The notes under the pieces are model-generated. The model ran no database searches. It saw only the letters and a list, made by a program, of their open reading frames with translations, and had not been told where the DNA came from. 64,000 nucleotides of DNA, taken from NCBI GenBank assembly GCA_027022365.1, contig JALVYU010000031.1, forward strand, positions 192,001-256,000, read 5' to 3'. Shown in pieces: positions 1-11,004 of this stretch (position 1 is the stretch's first letter; each line of letters starts with the position of its first letter). Both the position numbers and the translations under genes were made by a program. The stretch comes from Desulfurococcales archaeon (lineage in GTDB: Archaea > Thermoproteota > Thermoprotei_A > Sulfolobales > Desulfurococcaceae).

Positions 1-1
1 G

Positions 2-685
2 ACAGCCGAGGACCTTCCAGAAGAAGCAAGAGAAGAGAATACGACAACGCATCAAGGCTTAGACTTCATCTATGAGATGGCGTCGAGGATACTGAGGAAA
101 CTACCGCCTAGAAACAAGGTTGTTAAAACATTTGCTGGTCTAAGACCAGAGCCCAGCACCGGGACATTTATTATAAGATTCCATGAAAAGCCGTGGGGCT
201 TCGTAGAAGCAGCCGGGATCAGGAGCCCCGGCCTCACAGCCGCACCAGCAATAGGAAAACATGTTTCAAAACTCATAATCGAGAGACTGGAGAATATCGA
301 GCCTAGAAAGGACTGGAGAAGCAAGAGACAAGCCATACCACGCCCAGCGTACATGGCTCCCCGTGAGAGGGATAAACTGATACGTGAGAACCCGGACTAT
401 GGCTGGATAATATGTGTCTGCAGAAAAGTAAGCCTTGGAGAGATCATGGAGGCGGTCAAGAGGATGAAAAAGATAGGTGTGCCCGAGATAACCCTCGACG
501 GTATAAAGTTTAGGACGCACAGCATGTACGGGGATTGCCAGGGCAGCCAGTGCCGTCCACACATAGCATACCTTCTCTGGAAACGCCTAGGAATACAGCC
601 CTGGAGGATCACCACTAAGGGTGACGGTTCAAAATATGCTTTCACCGAAGTCAAAGCCCTCCTACGGGGTGATCGTGGTGCCTGA
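2..685 (+). CDS. FAD-dependent glycerol-3-phosphate dehydrogenase-like protein (GlpA-like) with C-terminal BFD-like [2Fe-2S] domain, 5' truncated
   Basis: Frame is open from base 2 (TAEDLPEE...). Motifs FAGLRP and GIRSPGLTAAPAIG, plus CVC...CQGSQC BFD-like cysteines. First gene of the usual archaeal G3PDH trio. Confidence 0.85.
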   Translation, partial: TAEDLPEEAREENTTTHQGLDFIYEMASRILRKLPPRNKVVKTFAGLRPEPSTGTFIIRFHEKPWGFVEAAGIRSPGLTAAPAIGKHVSKLIIERLENIEPRKDWRSKRQAIPRPAYMAPRERDKLIRENPDYGWIICVCRKVSLGEIMEAVKRMKKIGVPEITLDGIKFRTHSMYGDCQGSQCRPHIAYLLWKRLGIQPWRITTKGDGSKYAFTEVKALLRGDRGA

Positions 686-1949
686 CAGGATAACCAAGAA
701 GGATTACGATACAGTAGTGATCGGTGGAGGCCCGGCAGGACTAGCAGCGGCACTCAAGGCACGGGAGAAAGGCCTAGAAACACTAGTGGTTGAAACCAGA
801 GATAGGCTCGGAGGCATACCACTACAGTGCATACACCCGGGTTTTGGTATACATTATTTTAAGGAGGACATGACGGGGCCTGAGTTCGTCTACAGGTTCA
901 TAGATAAACTATTATCAACGGATATAGACTACACGGTCAAATCCTACGTTAACATGGCCGAATACGTGTCCCCCATGGAGAAAAAGCTAGAGATCATAAC
1001 ACCCTACGGTACAGAGATAGTTAGAACAAAGACAATAATCTACGCGGCTGGAGCGAGGGAGAGAACCAGGTACGAGATAGGGATAACCGGGCCAAACCCA
1101 GCGGGGATCATGACCGCCGGGGAAGCACAGACGCTCATGGATATGTACGGGGTCATGCCGGGGAAGAAAATATTGATCGTGGGAAGCGGCGATGTAGGGC
1201 TCATAATGGCAAGAAGATTCGTTCTCGAAGGAGCCGAAGTCGTCGGAGTAGTCGAGATACTGCCTTATCCAAGCGGGCTAATTAGGAACGTCCAACAATG
1301 CCTCAAAGACTATGGAATACCGCTCCTGCTAAGCCACATGGTTATCTCGGTTAAACAACGTAATGGGAGAGTATCATCCGCAGTAGTAGTCAAGGTGGAC
1401 GAGAACTTCAAGCCTATACAAGGGACTGAAAATGAGATAGAATGCGATACGATAGTAATAGCGGCCGGGCTGAAGCCACGGACAAAATTACTGGAAAGCC
1501 TAGGAGCACAGATAGACCCCAGGACAAAAGGACCCGTAGTTAACGAATACTTCGAGACAACTATCCCAGGCGTTTTTGCCGCTGGGAATGCGCTGATAAT
1601 AAACGACTATGTAGACTATGCCGTCGAACAGGGAGAACTAGCTGCACTAGCAGCCACCAAGTACGTGGACGAGAAAGGTATCAGGATAAAGAAGCCTGTC
1701 AAGATTGTTCTAGGTAGAAACATGAGGCTAATCGTACCCCAGATGCTAACGCTGACGAGCGATGCCCTATTCTATGGACGGGTTGCAAGGCCTGAGGACA
1801 ATGTTTGGCTGAGCTTCAAGGAAATAGGTTTCAAGATTCCACAGCTCAAAGTCTTGCCGAGCATAATGATACGCCAAAAGATAAGGCTAGACAAGCTCAG
1901 GATGCTCGAGACCGATACGTTAACAGTGGAGGTGATACCACGTGACTAG
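678..1949 (+). CDS. FAD/NAD(P)-dependent oxidoreductase (pyridine nucleotide-disulfide family), G3PDH partner subunit
   Basis: GGGPAG FAD motif, GGIPLQCIHPGFG, GSGDVG NAD motif, GVFAAGN. GTG at 678 follows a GGGGTGA RBS and overlaps the upstream stop. Confidence 0.85.
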   Translation: MPDRITKKDYDTVVIGGGPAGLAAALKAREKGLETLVVETRDRLGGIPLQCIHPGFGIHYFKEDMTGPEFVYRFIDKLLSTDIDYTVKSYVNMAEYVSPMEKKLEIITPYGTEIVRTKTIIYAAGARERTRYEIGITGPNPAGIMTAGEAQTLMDMYGVMPGKKILIVGSGDVGLIMARRFVLEGAEVVGVVEILPYPSGLIRNVQQCLKDYGIPLLLSHMVISVKQRNGRVSSAVVVKVDENFKPIQGTENEIECDTIVIAAGLKPRTKLLESLGAQIDPRTKGPVVNEYFETTIPGVFAAGNALIINDYVDYAVEQGELAALAATKYVDEKGIRIKKPVKIVLGRNMRLIVPQMLTLTSDALFYGRVARPEDNVWLSFKEIGFKIPQLKVLPSIMIRQKIRLDKLRMLETDTLTVEVIPRD

Positions 1950-2319
1950 GCAGGTCAAGAAAATAATATGCATTGTGTGTCCAAGAGGATGCGAGATAAC
2001 CGTCGAGCTTGAAGACGGGAAAATAAAGAGTATAAAGGGCTACTCATGCCCCCTAGGCAAGCAGTACGCGGAGAAAGAAGTAGTGAACCCCGAGAGAATA
2101 CTTATGAGCATAGTTGAATGTGTTGGAGGAGACCTCCCAGTAGTAAGCGTTAAAACAGCCAAACCTATACCCCTCTCTAGAATGATAGAGGCGTCAAAAG
2201 CACTTGCTGACATAGCAGTAAAGGCCCCCGTGGAAATAGGTGATAAGATCTTTGAGAACCTATTAGGGCTCGGCGTCGATGTCATCGCCACAAGGCCTTG
2301 TCATGAACAGAGAGGATAA
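1942..2319 (+). CDS. DUF1667 family Cys-rich protein (third gene of the G3PDH trio)
   Basis: CIVCPRGC...CPLG...PERIL..., APVEIGD; overlaps the preceding stop. Confidence 0.85.
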   Translation: MTRQVKKIICIVCPRGCEITVELEDGKIKSIKGYSCPLGKQYAEKEVVNPERILMSIVECVGGDLPVVSVKTAKPIPLSRMIEASKALADIAVKAPVEIGDKIFENLLGLGVDVIATRPCHEQRG

Positions 2320-2328
2320 TAGTGTTCA

Positions 2329-3324
2329 CTATTTAATTATTTGTTTGCATTCATTGGGTGCACTTAGAGCTAAATCGATTGGATCTAATCCTGTTAAACG
2401 GGCAATTCCAGGATATACTACTGCACAAACCGGTTTAACAAGCTGAGGCTTTACTATAATATTAAGACATTTTCTCGACGCTATATCCTTGAATAAATGT
2501 TCTACTAGATCTTTTGAGCCATTGTAAAATCCGCCGACGATACCGGCTTCAATAGCCCCACTGAGACCGAGTCTCCTGGCAGCTGCCCAGATATGATTTA
2601 CGGCATCCTCGGCGACAGAGTGAATGATGCTACATGCAATCTTGTCATTTTCCCTGCAAGCCTTGACTACATAGGGTGCGAATCCGGCGATAATGCTTTT
2701 TGGATCATTTGATGAATAAATATGATCAATTATGTCATATATATTATTCGTACCCATGTACTCCATAAGGAGGGATAATAGAATAGTTTCGCCTCCCCTA
2801 CCGTCATAATACTCGAGAGCTGCTGTAATCCCATCTCTGCCAACACGGTACGCTCCCGCTTTATCGTTGAATAAATGTCCCCAACCACCCACAAGAACCG
2901 TTCTCCCTTCGTGGACACCTAAACAACTGCTCCCAGTACCCATTATCAGTACTATCCCTTCACCCTTCGGGAAACATGATAGCAGAGATGCATAAATATC
3001 GTGATAAACATCAATACGGGCATTGACAAAGTGCTTCCTAAATAGTTCAACATATCTTTGGACGTATTTCCCCCACCCAGTATAGGCCGCGCTTACCCCT
3101 ATAACCGAGACATCCAGTGGAGAAATATTGGCTTGATGAATAATCTCTAGTGCAGCATCCAATATGTTTCTTAACGCATTATCCCATCCAATACTCGCTG
3201 GATTGCCAGATCCTTTCTCCGAGATACCTATGACTAATTGATGTTCATCCATAAATTTTATCAGGACAGCCCTTGTAAGTGTTCCTCCAGCATCTATTCC
3301 TAATGCATAAAATATATTATTCAT
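2329..3324 (-). CDS. BadF/BadG/BcrA/BcrD-family N-acetylglucosamine/N-acetylmuramate kinase-like protein
   Basis: LGIDAGGT, IMGTGS, VGGWGHLFND(K)AG(A)Y motifs of the ASKHA NAGK/MurK group. ATG 3324 chosen over TTG 3372. Confidence 0.85.
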   Translation of the reverse strand: MNNIFYALGIDAGGTLTRAVLIKFMDEHQLVIGISEKGSGNPASIGWDNALRNILDAALEIIHQANISPLDVSVIGVSAAYTGWGKYVQRYVELFRKHFVNARIDVYHDIYASLLSCFPKGEGIVLIMGTGSSCLGVHEGRTVLVGGWGHLFNDKAGAYRVGRDGITAALEYYDGRGGETILLSLLMEYMGTNNIYDIIDHIYSSNDPKSIIAGFAPYVVKACRENDKIACSIIHSVAEDAVNHIWAAARRLGLSGAIEAGIVGGFYNGSKDLVEHLFKDIASRKCLNIIVKPQLVKPVCAVVYPGIARLTGLDPIDLALSAPNECKQIIK

Positions 3325-3505
3325 CTCCACAATGTGCACCCTTCGAGGATTCAGCAATAAACTTGTCTTCAATCTTACTGTAAATATTGTTTGTGTAATA
3401 AGGATGTAATAATATTATTAACCTCACTGTTTTACTACGCAATAAAACACTATATTCAAAACAAATGAAGTGTGCGTATACTAAATATGTGTTTGAGGGA
3501 TACAG

Positions 3506-4717
3506 TTGATCCTAGGATTATGGATTCATCCTTGGGACCTTATAGAGTATGGCATCGAAGAAACATTTGCTCTCGCTGAATCCCTAGGAATAAATCATCT
3601 AAGCCTACCAGTGAGATACATTGAGGAAAGACAAGCATACCCGGGAACCTCAATAATTTACAGAAACAACAAGAACAGGACATATCTGAGCATACGTGGC
3701 GGAGTCTATTGGAGACCTGAACCTAAATATTATGAAGATATTCCAGAGAAGTACAGGCCCCATTTAACATCTGACAAAGATATAGTGAAACAGTTCAGAG
3801 AAACAGCTACCAGTTATAGTGTAAAGCCCGTTTATTGGCTACCCGTCTTACGATGGGATAAGCTAGCGGGAGATTACCCAGAACTCGCCGTTAAGGACCT
3901 TTACGATCATGTAGCAGGCTACAAGGCCCAATTCCTGTGTCCCTCGAACCCCATTGTTAGGAAACTAGTGCTAGGTGTTATAGAAGAGCTATGTACACGG
4001 TATGAGGCCGAGGAAATAGAACTGGACTATATCAGGTATCCCGAGCCAGTTACATATTCTGTTTCTCCTCTTCATATGTTGGCCCAGATGCCGTGTCACT
4101 GCGGATATTGTAGGAAGAAATATTATGAGAAAGGAATTGATCTTGAGCTCCTCGAGGAAAAGCTCAAAGAGCTCGTTGAGCTTGCTGTTGAGGCTGAAGA
4201 CAAGACAGGAAGCGTTTGCGGGAAAAACGTGCCAGAATGTTGGGAGACAGTAGCCTCTATGGGATGGTATCTGTTGGGTGTTAGGACGCCGGAAGTATAT
4301 AAATGGCTTAAAGCCAGAGCTGAGATTATAGCTGAACTCGTGGCTGAGATAAAGGAGAAAACGAAGAGTTACGGAGTCGAGCTCTCAGCCGATATGACTC
4401 CCCCGAGTTTCAGCTGGATCGTTGGACAGGACTACGAACTGTTCTCACCAAACCTAGACCGGGTAAAGGTAATGGTTTATACGGAGCCCTTCCGCAGGTA
4501 CCCGGAGAAAATACCCTTAGATCTATATCTAGCCAAGAAACTGGGTTGCGGAGTACAATTAGTTGCTGGAATATCACTGTGGCCGCCCTCAACACCGCAG
4601 ACCATAGAGCGCGATGTAGAGCTGTCACGTCCCTACGTAGATGGTTTTTACGGTTATTGTTTCGGCTGGGCCCCGTTCAAGAACCTCGAGACCTTTACGG
4701 TTAAGGCCCGGAGGTGA
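3506..4717 (+). CDS. Cytoplasmic GHL10-like TIM-barrel glycoside hydrolase
   Basis: FLCPSNP, IELDYIRYP, CHCGYC, GQDY motifs typical of GHL10/YddW-like proteins; no signal peptide. Confidence 0.65.
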   Translation: MILGLWIHPWDLIEYGIEETFALAESLGINHLSLPVRYIEERQAYPGTSIIYRNNKNRTYLSIRGGVYWRPEPKYYEDIPEKYRPHLTSDKDIVKQFRETATSYSVKPVYWLPVLRWDKLAGDYPELAVKDLYDHVAGYKAQFLCPSNPIVRKLVLGVIEELCTRYEAEEIELDYIRYPEPVTYSVSPLHMLAQMPCHCGYCRKKYYEKGIDLELLEEKLKELVELAVEAEDKTGSVCGKNVPECWETVASMGWYLLGVRTPEVYKWLKARAEIIAELVAEIKEKTKSYGVELSADMTPPSFSWIVGQDYELFSPNLDRVKVMVYTEPFRRYPEKIPLDLYLAKKLGCGVQLVAGISLWPPSTPQTIERDVELSRPYVDGFYGYCFGWAPFKNLETFTVKARR

Positions 4718-4725
4718 GGTCCCCC

Positions 4726-5526
4726 ATGTTCAAGCTCGGAATAAATACTTGGAGTTACCCCAAAACTCTTTCTCTCGAAAAACAGATCGCTCATGCCGCT
4801 AAGACGGGGTTCGAGGCATTCGAGCCCCCGCTGACCCAGGAGGATCTAGAATTACATAGTAAGGGAGAGCTCAGAAAGAAGTGGAAGGCTATAAGAGAAG
4901 CAGCGGAGACCCACGGGATCAAGATACCCAGTGTTGCTACCGGTCTCTACTGGAGATACAATTGGGCGATTGAGCCTGATAAGGCTTTAAAAGTGCTTGA
5001 AGCAGAAGCACATGCCGCCAATACTGTCGGGGCGGACCTTATTCTAGTTGTTCCAGGAACAGGTGTGCCGGAGTTAGGATACGAGGAAATGATTGAGAGG
5101 GTTGCGTCGTCTCTAGGGAAGGCGGAGAAGATCGTTAGGAATTACGGCGTCAGAGTAGGGCTCGAGAATGTATGGAATAGATTCCTTGCAGGCCCTCTCG
5201 AGTTCAGAATGTTGCTTGATAAGTTAGACCCTGACGTTTTCGGCGCTTACTTCGACGCCGGCAATACGTTGCCTCATAGCCTGCCCGAGCACTGGATAAG
5301 AGTGCTTGGCAAAAGGATATTCCAGGTTCACGTCAAAGGCTTTAGCATGGCAGAGCTTAGATTCGGTATACCGTTATTTGGAGATATTAATTGGAAGCAG
5401 GTAAGAAGAGCCCTCGAGGAGATAGGTTATCAGGGCTATGTATTAGCGGAGGTGCCTCCTTACAGAGGGGATCCATACAAGGCTGTCGAGGACACATATA
5501 CCAGCTTGAAGAAGATCTTCGGCTAG
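4726..5526 (+). CDS. Sugar phosphate isomerase/epimerase (xylose isomerase-like/AP endonuclease 2 TIM barrel)
   Basis: GLENVW, YFDAGN, VHVK, GDINW..., GYQG...E metal motifs; GGAGGTGA RBS before ATG 4726. Confidence 0.85.
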   Translation: MFKLGINTWSYPKTLSLEKQIAHAAKTGFEAFEPPLTQEDLELHSKGELRKKWKAIREAAETHGIKIPSVATGLYWRYNWAIEPDKALKVLEAEAHAANTVGADLILVVPGTGVPELGYEEMIERVASSLGKAEKIVRNYGVRVGLENVWNRFLAGPLEFRMLLDKLDPDVFGAYFDAGNTLPHSLPEHWIRVLGKRIFQVHVKGFSMAELRFGIPLFGDINWKQVRRALEEIGYQGYVLAEVPPYRGDPYKAVEDTYTSLKKIFG

Positions 5527-6827
5527 GGCAGACTCGAGGCTATATCTATAATTTTTTCCATAATCTTTTCCCGATCCTCAGGCTCTACGAGGCTTACTAT
5601 TTCCTCATAATAGATATTGTTCACGCCTTGATGGGTTTCAATACTATAGGGTATATAGCCTATATATCCATCGGCATATCCAATAAATGCTAGATAATCA
5701 TATACACTATGTTTCTTAGCCTCCAGCTGGTACTCAATAAAAGCTTCGCCGGGGAAGAAGATAACGAGCACTTTACCACCGATCACACAGTACCTGATCC
5801 TAAAGCTTAATGCCCTTGATTTAAATGCTTTATATTTGTGAAGAAGACTCTTAATACCTTCGAGCACAGACTCAAGTCTCCTGATCTCTCCATGACTACC
5901 CCCACTTATCTTGAGGTTCTCAAGCTTTCTGGCAATATCTTCTTTTATCGAGAGAAGCCTCTCTAGGATCTTTTCAACGTTTTTAAGCCTCACAGTTATG
6001 TCAATATACCGGTTTACAATCCAAGGATCAGGTATGTTTTCAAGTCTTCCGTGCTCTACCGTTTCTGATACACTACGGGCAATCCTGTTCGCCAGCTCCA
6101 TTAATGCATCAATGTTCTGTCCTTTCCGCGTGTGCCGAGTACTAATATTGCCAGCTGCACCGTTCAAGTAAAGTGCTGGGCATCCTAGTTTTTCTTCTAG
6201 GATTATTGAAGTCACGCCTGCCAGATCACCGCTAATATATGTATTAGACGCTGGCAACACTGTAGGATGACAAGCATAATTTACAGCTATGAATTTTCTT
6301 TGGAGCTCGTTCTGAGATAACATTATGACGGCTTCATTGTCCACGGGCCCCCTTGGATCGATCCTATTAGATGCCACGCTTTCTATGATCGACTTACCCA
6401 TATACAATGAGGCTTTGCTAGGAACACTAAGTATGCTTGACACTAATTGATTAATTCTCTCTAGTAAGTATATCCTGTATTTTCGGATCTTACCGACAAT
6501 ATTATCATTTAAATGTAGCGTGCTCCATGTATCCAATGAGATCTCGGGCCCTGAATGAGTGTGAGTTGCAATTACATGTATGATATCTGGTCTTAAACCA
6601 TACTTGCGTGAAATAAGCTCCACTATGTCACTGTATAGCTCATCATCTATTCTGATTAGCTCTAGGCTTAGGAGAAGAATCTCGCCTTCTCCTTCTATAA
6701 ATGCTCCTCTAGCATAGATATTATGTAGTACTCCTTTGGAGTACTCACTACGCATTATATATCCAGCCATAGGAAGAGGTTCACGTGGTGTTATATCTAT
6801 TTTCGACGCCGAAATATTGAATGACAT
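5523..6827 (-). CDS. Neutral/alkaline ceramidase-family Zn amidohydrolase
   Basis: DITP..MAGY, ATHTHSGP, NYACHPT, ISGD, NGAAGNI, PGE.F, GYIP motifs. Confidence 0.8.
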   Translation of the reverse strand: MSFNISASKIDITPREPLPMAGYIMRSEYSKGVLHNIYARGAFIEGEGEILLLSLELIRIDDELYSDIVELISRKYGLRPDIIHVIATHTHSGPEISLDTWSTLHLNDNIVGKIRKYRIYLLERINQLVSSILSVPSKASLYMGKSIIESVASNRIDPRGPVDNEAVIMLSQNELQRKFIAVNYACHPTVLPASNTYISGDLAGVTSIILEEKLGCPALYLNGAAGNISTRHTRKGQNIDALMELANRIARSVSETVEHGRLENIPDPWIVNRYIDITVRLKNVEKILERLLSIKEDIARKLENLKISGGSHGEIRRLESVLEGIKSLLHKYKAFKSRALSFRIRYCVIGGKVLVIFFPGEAFIEYQLEAKKHSVYDYLAFIGYADGYIGYIPYSIETHQGVNNIYYEEIVSLVEPEDREKIMEKIIDIASSLP

Positions 6828-6987
6828 TAAAATGTCACCATGATTTACAATAAATATTTGAAAACGATATGTACAATTGATTGTTTTAGATTAATTTAGA
6901 AAAAAGAGCTATAGTAAAAACGAAAGTAATGTTTACAAAAATTAATAACATATTCTTAAATCAAGTAAAGTTATACAAGCCCTAATA

Positions 6988-8229
6988 ATGGGTGACTACT
7001 ACATTATGTGTTCCAATAAGTTGTTAAAACACATACTAAGACACCCAATATATCTGCGTCATGCATATGATTCGATCATTTCTGATAAACGTGAACAAAC
7101 ATTTTGTGGCTGGAGGAAGGTTTTACTCGGAAAAAGCAGCAATGGAGAGCCAATAGTGGCTTTCGAGAAACAAGTGAACCCGGAAAACCCTAAATTAGTA
7201 GTATTGGCTGGCCAACACGGCAATGAACCTGCTAGTATAGCCGCTGCCTTCGCCCTATTACTCCTATCGGATAATTATAAGTGGGTACTTCCTCATCGGT
7301 TCTGGAGATCAAAAAGTAATTCCATTAATATATACCTAGTACCGGTAGCTAATCCTGATGGTCTTATAAGCTATCTTGAATGTATCGAACACGACCCTAC
7401 ACCAATATGGCATAATACCTGCTCCGAAGCCAGGTATAATTCTAGATCAGCGGATATCAACAGGGACTGGATGTTCTTAATCCAAGATGAAACAAAGATA
7501 CTACATGAATACATTACAAGGATTAAACCAGACATCGTCCTTGATCTCCATGAGTTTTATGCATCAGGAGGATCTCCACCAAAGTGGAGCACGGAAACAG
7601 AAGGATTCGATACAACATTGACCGATGCACCATATGCTATGGTTGATGAGATCGTCTCGGAAACATCCCGCGAGGTAATGGATTATGTCTCAAAAACTTT
7701 GAAGAGGCTAATGGGCAGAAAAATACGTGAAAGACACTTTACCGGAAGCGACAAGCCTTACCCCCCGCCAAGTATCCTGGGTGCTCACCTGCCTCTCGAA
7801 TATTATCCTAAACTACTTGTCGAGACGTGGGGTGTGGGCCTCCACGGTTTTCTATGGAGGGAAAGAGTGGTAACTCACCTCGTAGCAATTTATTCTGTCA
7901 TAGAATACTTGGAGAGCTACCGTGAGAAAATATCTGAGCTACGCTCACGTATTCACGAGTTAGACAACAAAACACCAGGTTATTTGTATTATATTGAATG
8001 CAGTGATGTATGCTACGAGATCTCTGAGCTCTTAAGCATACATGGGATCAGGCATGAAATAAGAGGAGGTAATCTAGTCGTATATCCTGTTGGTAGGGGG
8101 GAGGTAGTTGCAGATATCTTGTTTGATAAATCCTGTAAGTACAATAGGGTTCTTGAGGAGAATGGGTACGGGCGTCATACGATCGATCTGCTTTATCCAG
8201 GTATACGTATTAAGAAACAATTCCTCTAA
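6988..8229 (+). CDS. M14 zinc carboxypeptidase/amidase (MpaA-like)
   Basis: GKSSNG, GQHGNEP (HxxE), VPVANPDG, DINRD, LDLHE Zn-ligand motifs; no signal peptide. Start uncertain. Confidence 0.8.
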   Translation: MGDYYIMCSNKLLKHILRHPIYLRHAYDSIISDKREQTFCGWRKVLLGKSSNGEPIVAFEKQVNPENPKLVVLAGQHGNEPASIAAAFALLLLSDNYKWVLPHRFWRSKSNSINIYLVPVANPDGLISYLECIEHDPTPIWHNTCSEARYNSRSADINRDWMFLIQDETKILHEYITRIKPDIVLDLHEFYASGGSPPKWSTETEGFDTTLTDAPYAMVDEIVSETSREVMDYVSKTLKRLMGRKIRERHFTGSDKPYPPPSILGAHLPLEYYPKLLVETWGVGLHGFLWRERVVTHLVAIYSVIEYLESYREKISELRSRIHELDNKTPGYLYYIECSDVCYEISELLSIHGIRHEIRGGNLVVYPVGRGEVVADILFDKSCKYNRVLEENGYGRHTIDLLYPGIRIKKQFL

Positions 8230-8647
8230 ATGAGCCTCTTATTTTCCATTCTCTTTTCACTGTATATACGAATCCTAATGCATACATAATTAGTATAAGA
8301 ATAGCTATTATTTTGTCCATGGTTGATGGAGTATAAACAAGGCTTGTCAAATAGCCGAGTATTCCCGGCGCGGCAAATAATGTATAGCTGAACAACTTGT
8401 GTCTGATCATTGATCTGATGGCTAGTATCTGTAGCATTATGAATACCATAGACGTGAAGACTAGACCATAGTATTTCTCTCGTATTAGCTCCGAGGATTC
8501 TATGTTATTTATTGTGAGTGGCGTTCCTCCAATCGACACGTTAGGTATGCCGATCGAGATCACTTGTGCAGCCATATAAATGCTATATGCTATGTAAGCG
8601 ATAAACATACACAATATAATTATTGGTAGGAGTTGTTCCCTACTCAT
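8210..8647 (-). CDS. Hypothetical membrane protein (about 4 TM)
   Basis: Hydrophobic segments; starts 3 nt after the dppC-like stop, so probably co-transcribed. Confidence 0.65.
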   Translation of the reverse strand: MSREQLLPIIILCMFIAYIAYSIYMAAQVISIGIPNVSIGGTPLTINNIESSELIREKYYGLVFTSMVFIMLQILAIRSMIRHKLFSYTLFAAPGILGYLTSLVYTPSTMDKIIAILILIMYALGFVYTVKREWKIRGSFRGIVS

Positions 8648-8650
8648 AGA

Positions 8651-9625
8651 TTATCTCCTCCTTAGCCTTGGATTATAGAACTCGATGAGAACCTCGCCAA
8701 TACTGATAAACCCTATTACCACGAGTGCGATGAAGAGCCCGGGCACAAGGAACCACGACCACATTCCCTTGCTGATCACATCGTTCCAGTTCGCATATGA
8801 ATCACTGATAACACTTCCCCAGTCAGCACCTTGTGTGGCAGCAGGTATTAAAAAGGCGAGCGATGTGACGGTCACTATTGCACCAGCCACGAGGATAGTT
8901 GCTCTCGCGAGGGCAAATGGAAGGACTTGTGGCCATACATGTCTCACCAGTATAAAGGTGTTGCTTGCACCTAGACAACGGGATGCCTCCACGTATCCTT
9001 CGCTCTTTATCTGAAGAACTTTGGCTCTGATTGCTCTTGCGGTGGAAGGCCATGATATAGCCGATATAAGCAGTATTGTGAGCCAAATATTCCATACATC
9101 TCTGAACAGGGAGGTGATCAGAATGAGTAGGAGAAGGCCTGGCAACATCATTATGGAGTCGCTTACCAGCATCAAGAAGGCATCGAATTTACTGCCGTAG
9201 TAGCCAGCCAAGCTGCCGATGACCAAGCCAATTAGTGTAGCTATGACTGCGCAGAGAAGACCTGTTGTCAAAGATACTCTGGCTCCATAGACTACTCTTG
9301 ACCAAATATCTCGCCATGCCTGATCGATGCCGAGCGGATGTCCTGGCATAGGCGGTAGAGGGACCGGTTTACCAGTTATTCCATGACTCCTTATCCACTC
9401 CATGATTTTCTGGAACTCCTGTGGCGCCTGCTGGTCTATCGGTACAGGCTTGTAAGGCGTAAACACCTGTGGGAACAAAGCCATGAAGGCAAAGAAAGCA
9501 ATTATCGCTACCCCTACTAGGCCTCTGGGGTCACTCAGGACTGCCTTGATAGGCGGGTATATCGCTTCATATATCTTCTTGTAGAGGGGTATACACACTA
9601 CTTTCTCCTTGCTCACACTGTTCAC
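8651..9625 (-). CDS. Peptide/oligosaccharide ABC transporter permease (DppC/OppC-like)
   Basis: HPLGID..RDIWSRVVYGARVSL, YVEASRCLGA (EAA motif), RHVWP, DWG. Confidence 0.9.
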   Translation of the reverse strand: MNSVSKEKVVCIPLYKKIYEAIYPPIKAVLSDPRGLVGVAIIAFFAFMALFPQVFTPYKPVPIDQQAPQEFQKIMEWIRSHGITGKPVPLPPMPGHPLGIDQAWRDIWSRVVYGARVSLTTGLLCAVIATLIGLVIGSLAGYYGSKFDAFLMLVSDSIMMLPGLLLLILITSLFRDVWNIWLTILLISAISWPSTARAIRAKVLQIKSEGYVEASRCLGASNTFILVRHVWPQVLPFALARATILVAGAIVTVTSLAFLIPAATQGADWGSVISDSYANWNDVISKGMWSWFLVPGLFIALVVIGFISIGEVLIEFYNPRLRRR

Positions 9626-11004
9626 CTCCTGATCCTCGGGTCTAGAACTGAATAGAGGATCTCCGCGATCGTTATCGATATCAGTACGGCTAACGTTACA
9701 ATCGTGAAAATGCCTATTATCAGTGGAGCGTCCCTGTTTACTATGGCGAGGTAGGTCAATCTGCCGATTCCTGGATAGTTAAACACGGTCTCGGTAACCA
9801 CTGCTCCGCCGAAAACAAATCCAAGGTCGATCGCCATCAACGTGATTACTGGCGGCGCTATTGTTCTCGCTATGAATTTATCCGCTATGTAGTTGTCATC
9901 GAATCCAGCGCCTCTGAACGTGATCACGTAGTCCTGGTACCACTCCTCCATTACTAGGCCTCTGATCGACAGCATGTACTGTACTACGTATATTTTCGAT
10001 AAAACTAGTGCGGGTAGTATTGTGAGCCAGAACCACGAGAATATATAGGTGGCTAGATTGGTTGGATGCTCAAAACCAATTATTATTCCTGACGGGAACC
10101 AGCCATACATGTAGGCGAGGAAATAAACAGCTATCATGCCGAGCCAGAAAACAGGCATTGACCTGATCGCTAAAATCATATTTGTCACAACAGCATCTAT
10201 CAGTGTACCTCTCTTCCTTGATAGATAGAATCCCAGTATGAACCCCGTCATAGAGCCTATGAAGAAAGCCATGCCGACAAGACCTATTGTGAAAGGAAGA
10301 TACGTCATTATAACGTCTATTACCGGTTTATGATATAAGGCTGATTCACCGAAATCGAACGTCGCGATACTGACAAATGTTGATGCAAGCCTCTCGTACC
10401 ATGGCTCCATAAACTTGATCTTCCTCGTTGTAGTTATGCTTGAGTTTGTATCGATAATTATCACAGTTCCCTGCCTATACTTGATGGTCTCGATCACCTT
10501 CTTCCCGCTGGGCGACTCTATAACAATAACATTATTTACTGCACGTGGTGCTCCAAGGACTATTGTCATGGTCTCTTGTTTCTCTTTCCCCCAGCGAATG
10601 ATCTCGTGAGCTACAACTGGTATCCTATCGTAACCTATAGTACGGTTAATATCATAGGCGAGAGATAACACTATGGATGGGTTTAACCCGTGCTCTCGGC
10701 ATAATTGGAGTAACAAGCTATACCAGTCATGATAGTTGCTCTCTACATATATCTTGTAGGTACCATTGATCGCTATGACTTGCTCCTGCATCAAGCCGAG
10801 CTTATAGATCCTATCGAGGTATTCGAAATAAACTGCTGGCTGTGTTTGAGCGGCTGATAAGAGGTAATCGTATGGTGTTGAGCCGGTAACACTTATTGAT
10901 AGATCGAGGAGAGCCCAGATAACAATAATTATAATGATAAATGTAATAATTTTATGAAGAATGCTCTTCGCTATAAAGTGTCCTAAACGAGCCAAAACAA
11001 TCAC
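9622..11004 (-). CDS. Peptide/oligosaccharide ABC transporter permease (DppB/OppB-like) with enlarged extracytoplasmic loop
   Basis: FDFGES, LPFT, PVFWLG, ETVFNYPGIGRL, RDAPL, LDPRIR. 460 aa because of a long hydrophilic segment after TM1. Confidence 0.9.
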   Translation of the reverse strand: MIVLARLGHFIAKSILHKIITFIIIIIVIWALLDLSISVTGSTPYDYLLSAAQTQPAVYFEYLDRIYKLGLMQEQVIAINGTYKIYVESNYHDWYSLLLQLCREHGLNPSIVLSLAYDINRTIGYDRIPVVAHEIIRWGKEKQETMTIVLGAPRAVNNVIVIESPSGKKVIETIKYRQGTVIIIDTNSSITTTRKIKFMEPWYERLASTFVSIATFDFGESALYHKPVIDVIMTYLPFTIGLVGMAFFIGSMTGFILGFYLSRKRGTLIDAVVTNMILAIRSMPVFWLGMIAVYFLAYMYGWFPSGIIIGFEHPTNLATYIFSWFWLTILPALVLSKIYVVQYMLSIRGLVMEEWYQDYVITFRGAGFDDNYIADKFIARTIAPPVITLMAIDLGFVFGGAVVTETVFNYPGIGRLTYLAIVNRDAPLIIGIFTIVTLAVLISITIAEILYSVLDPRIRR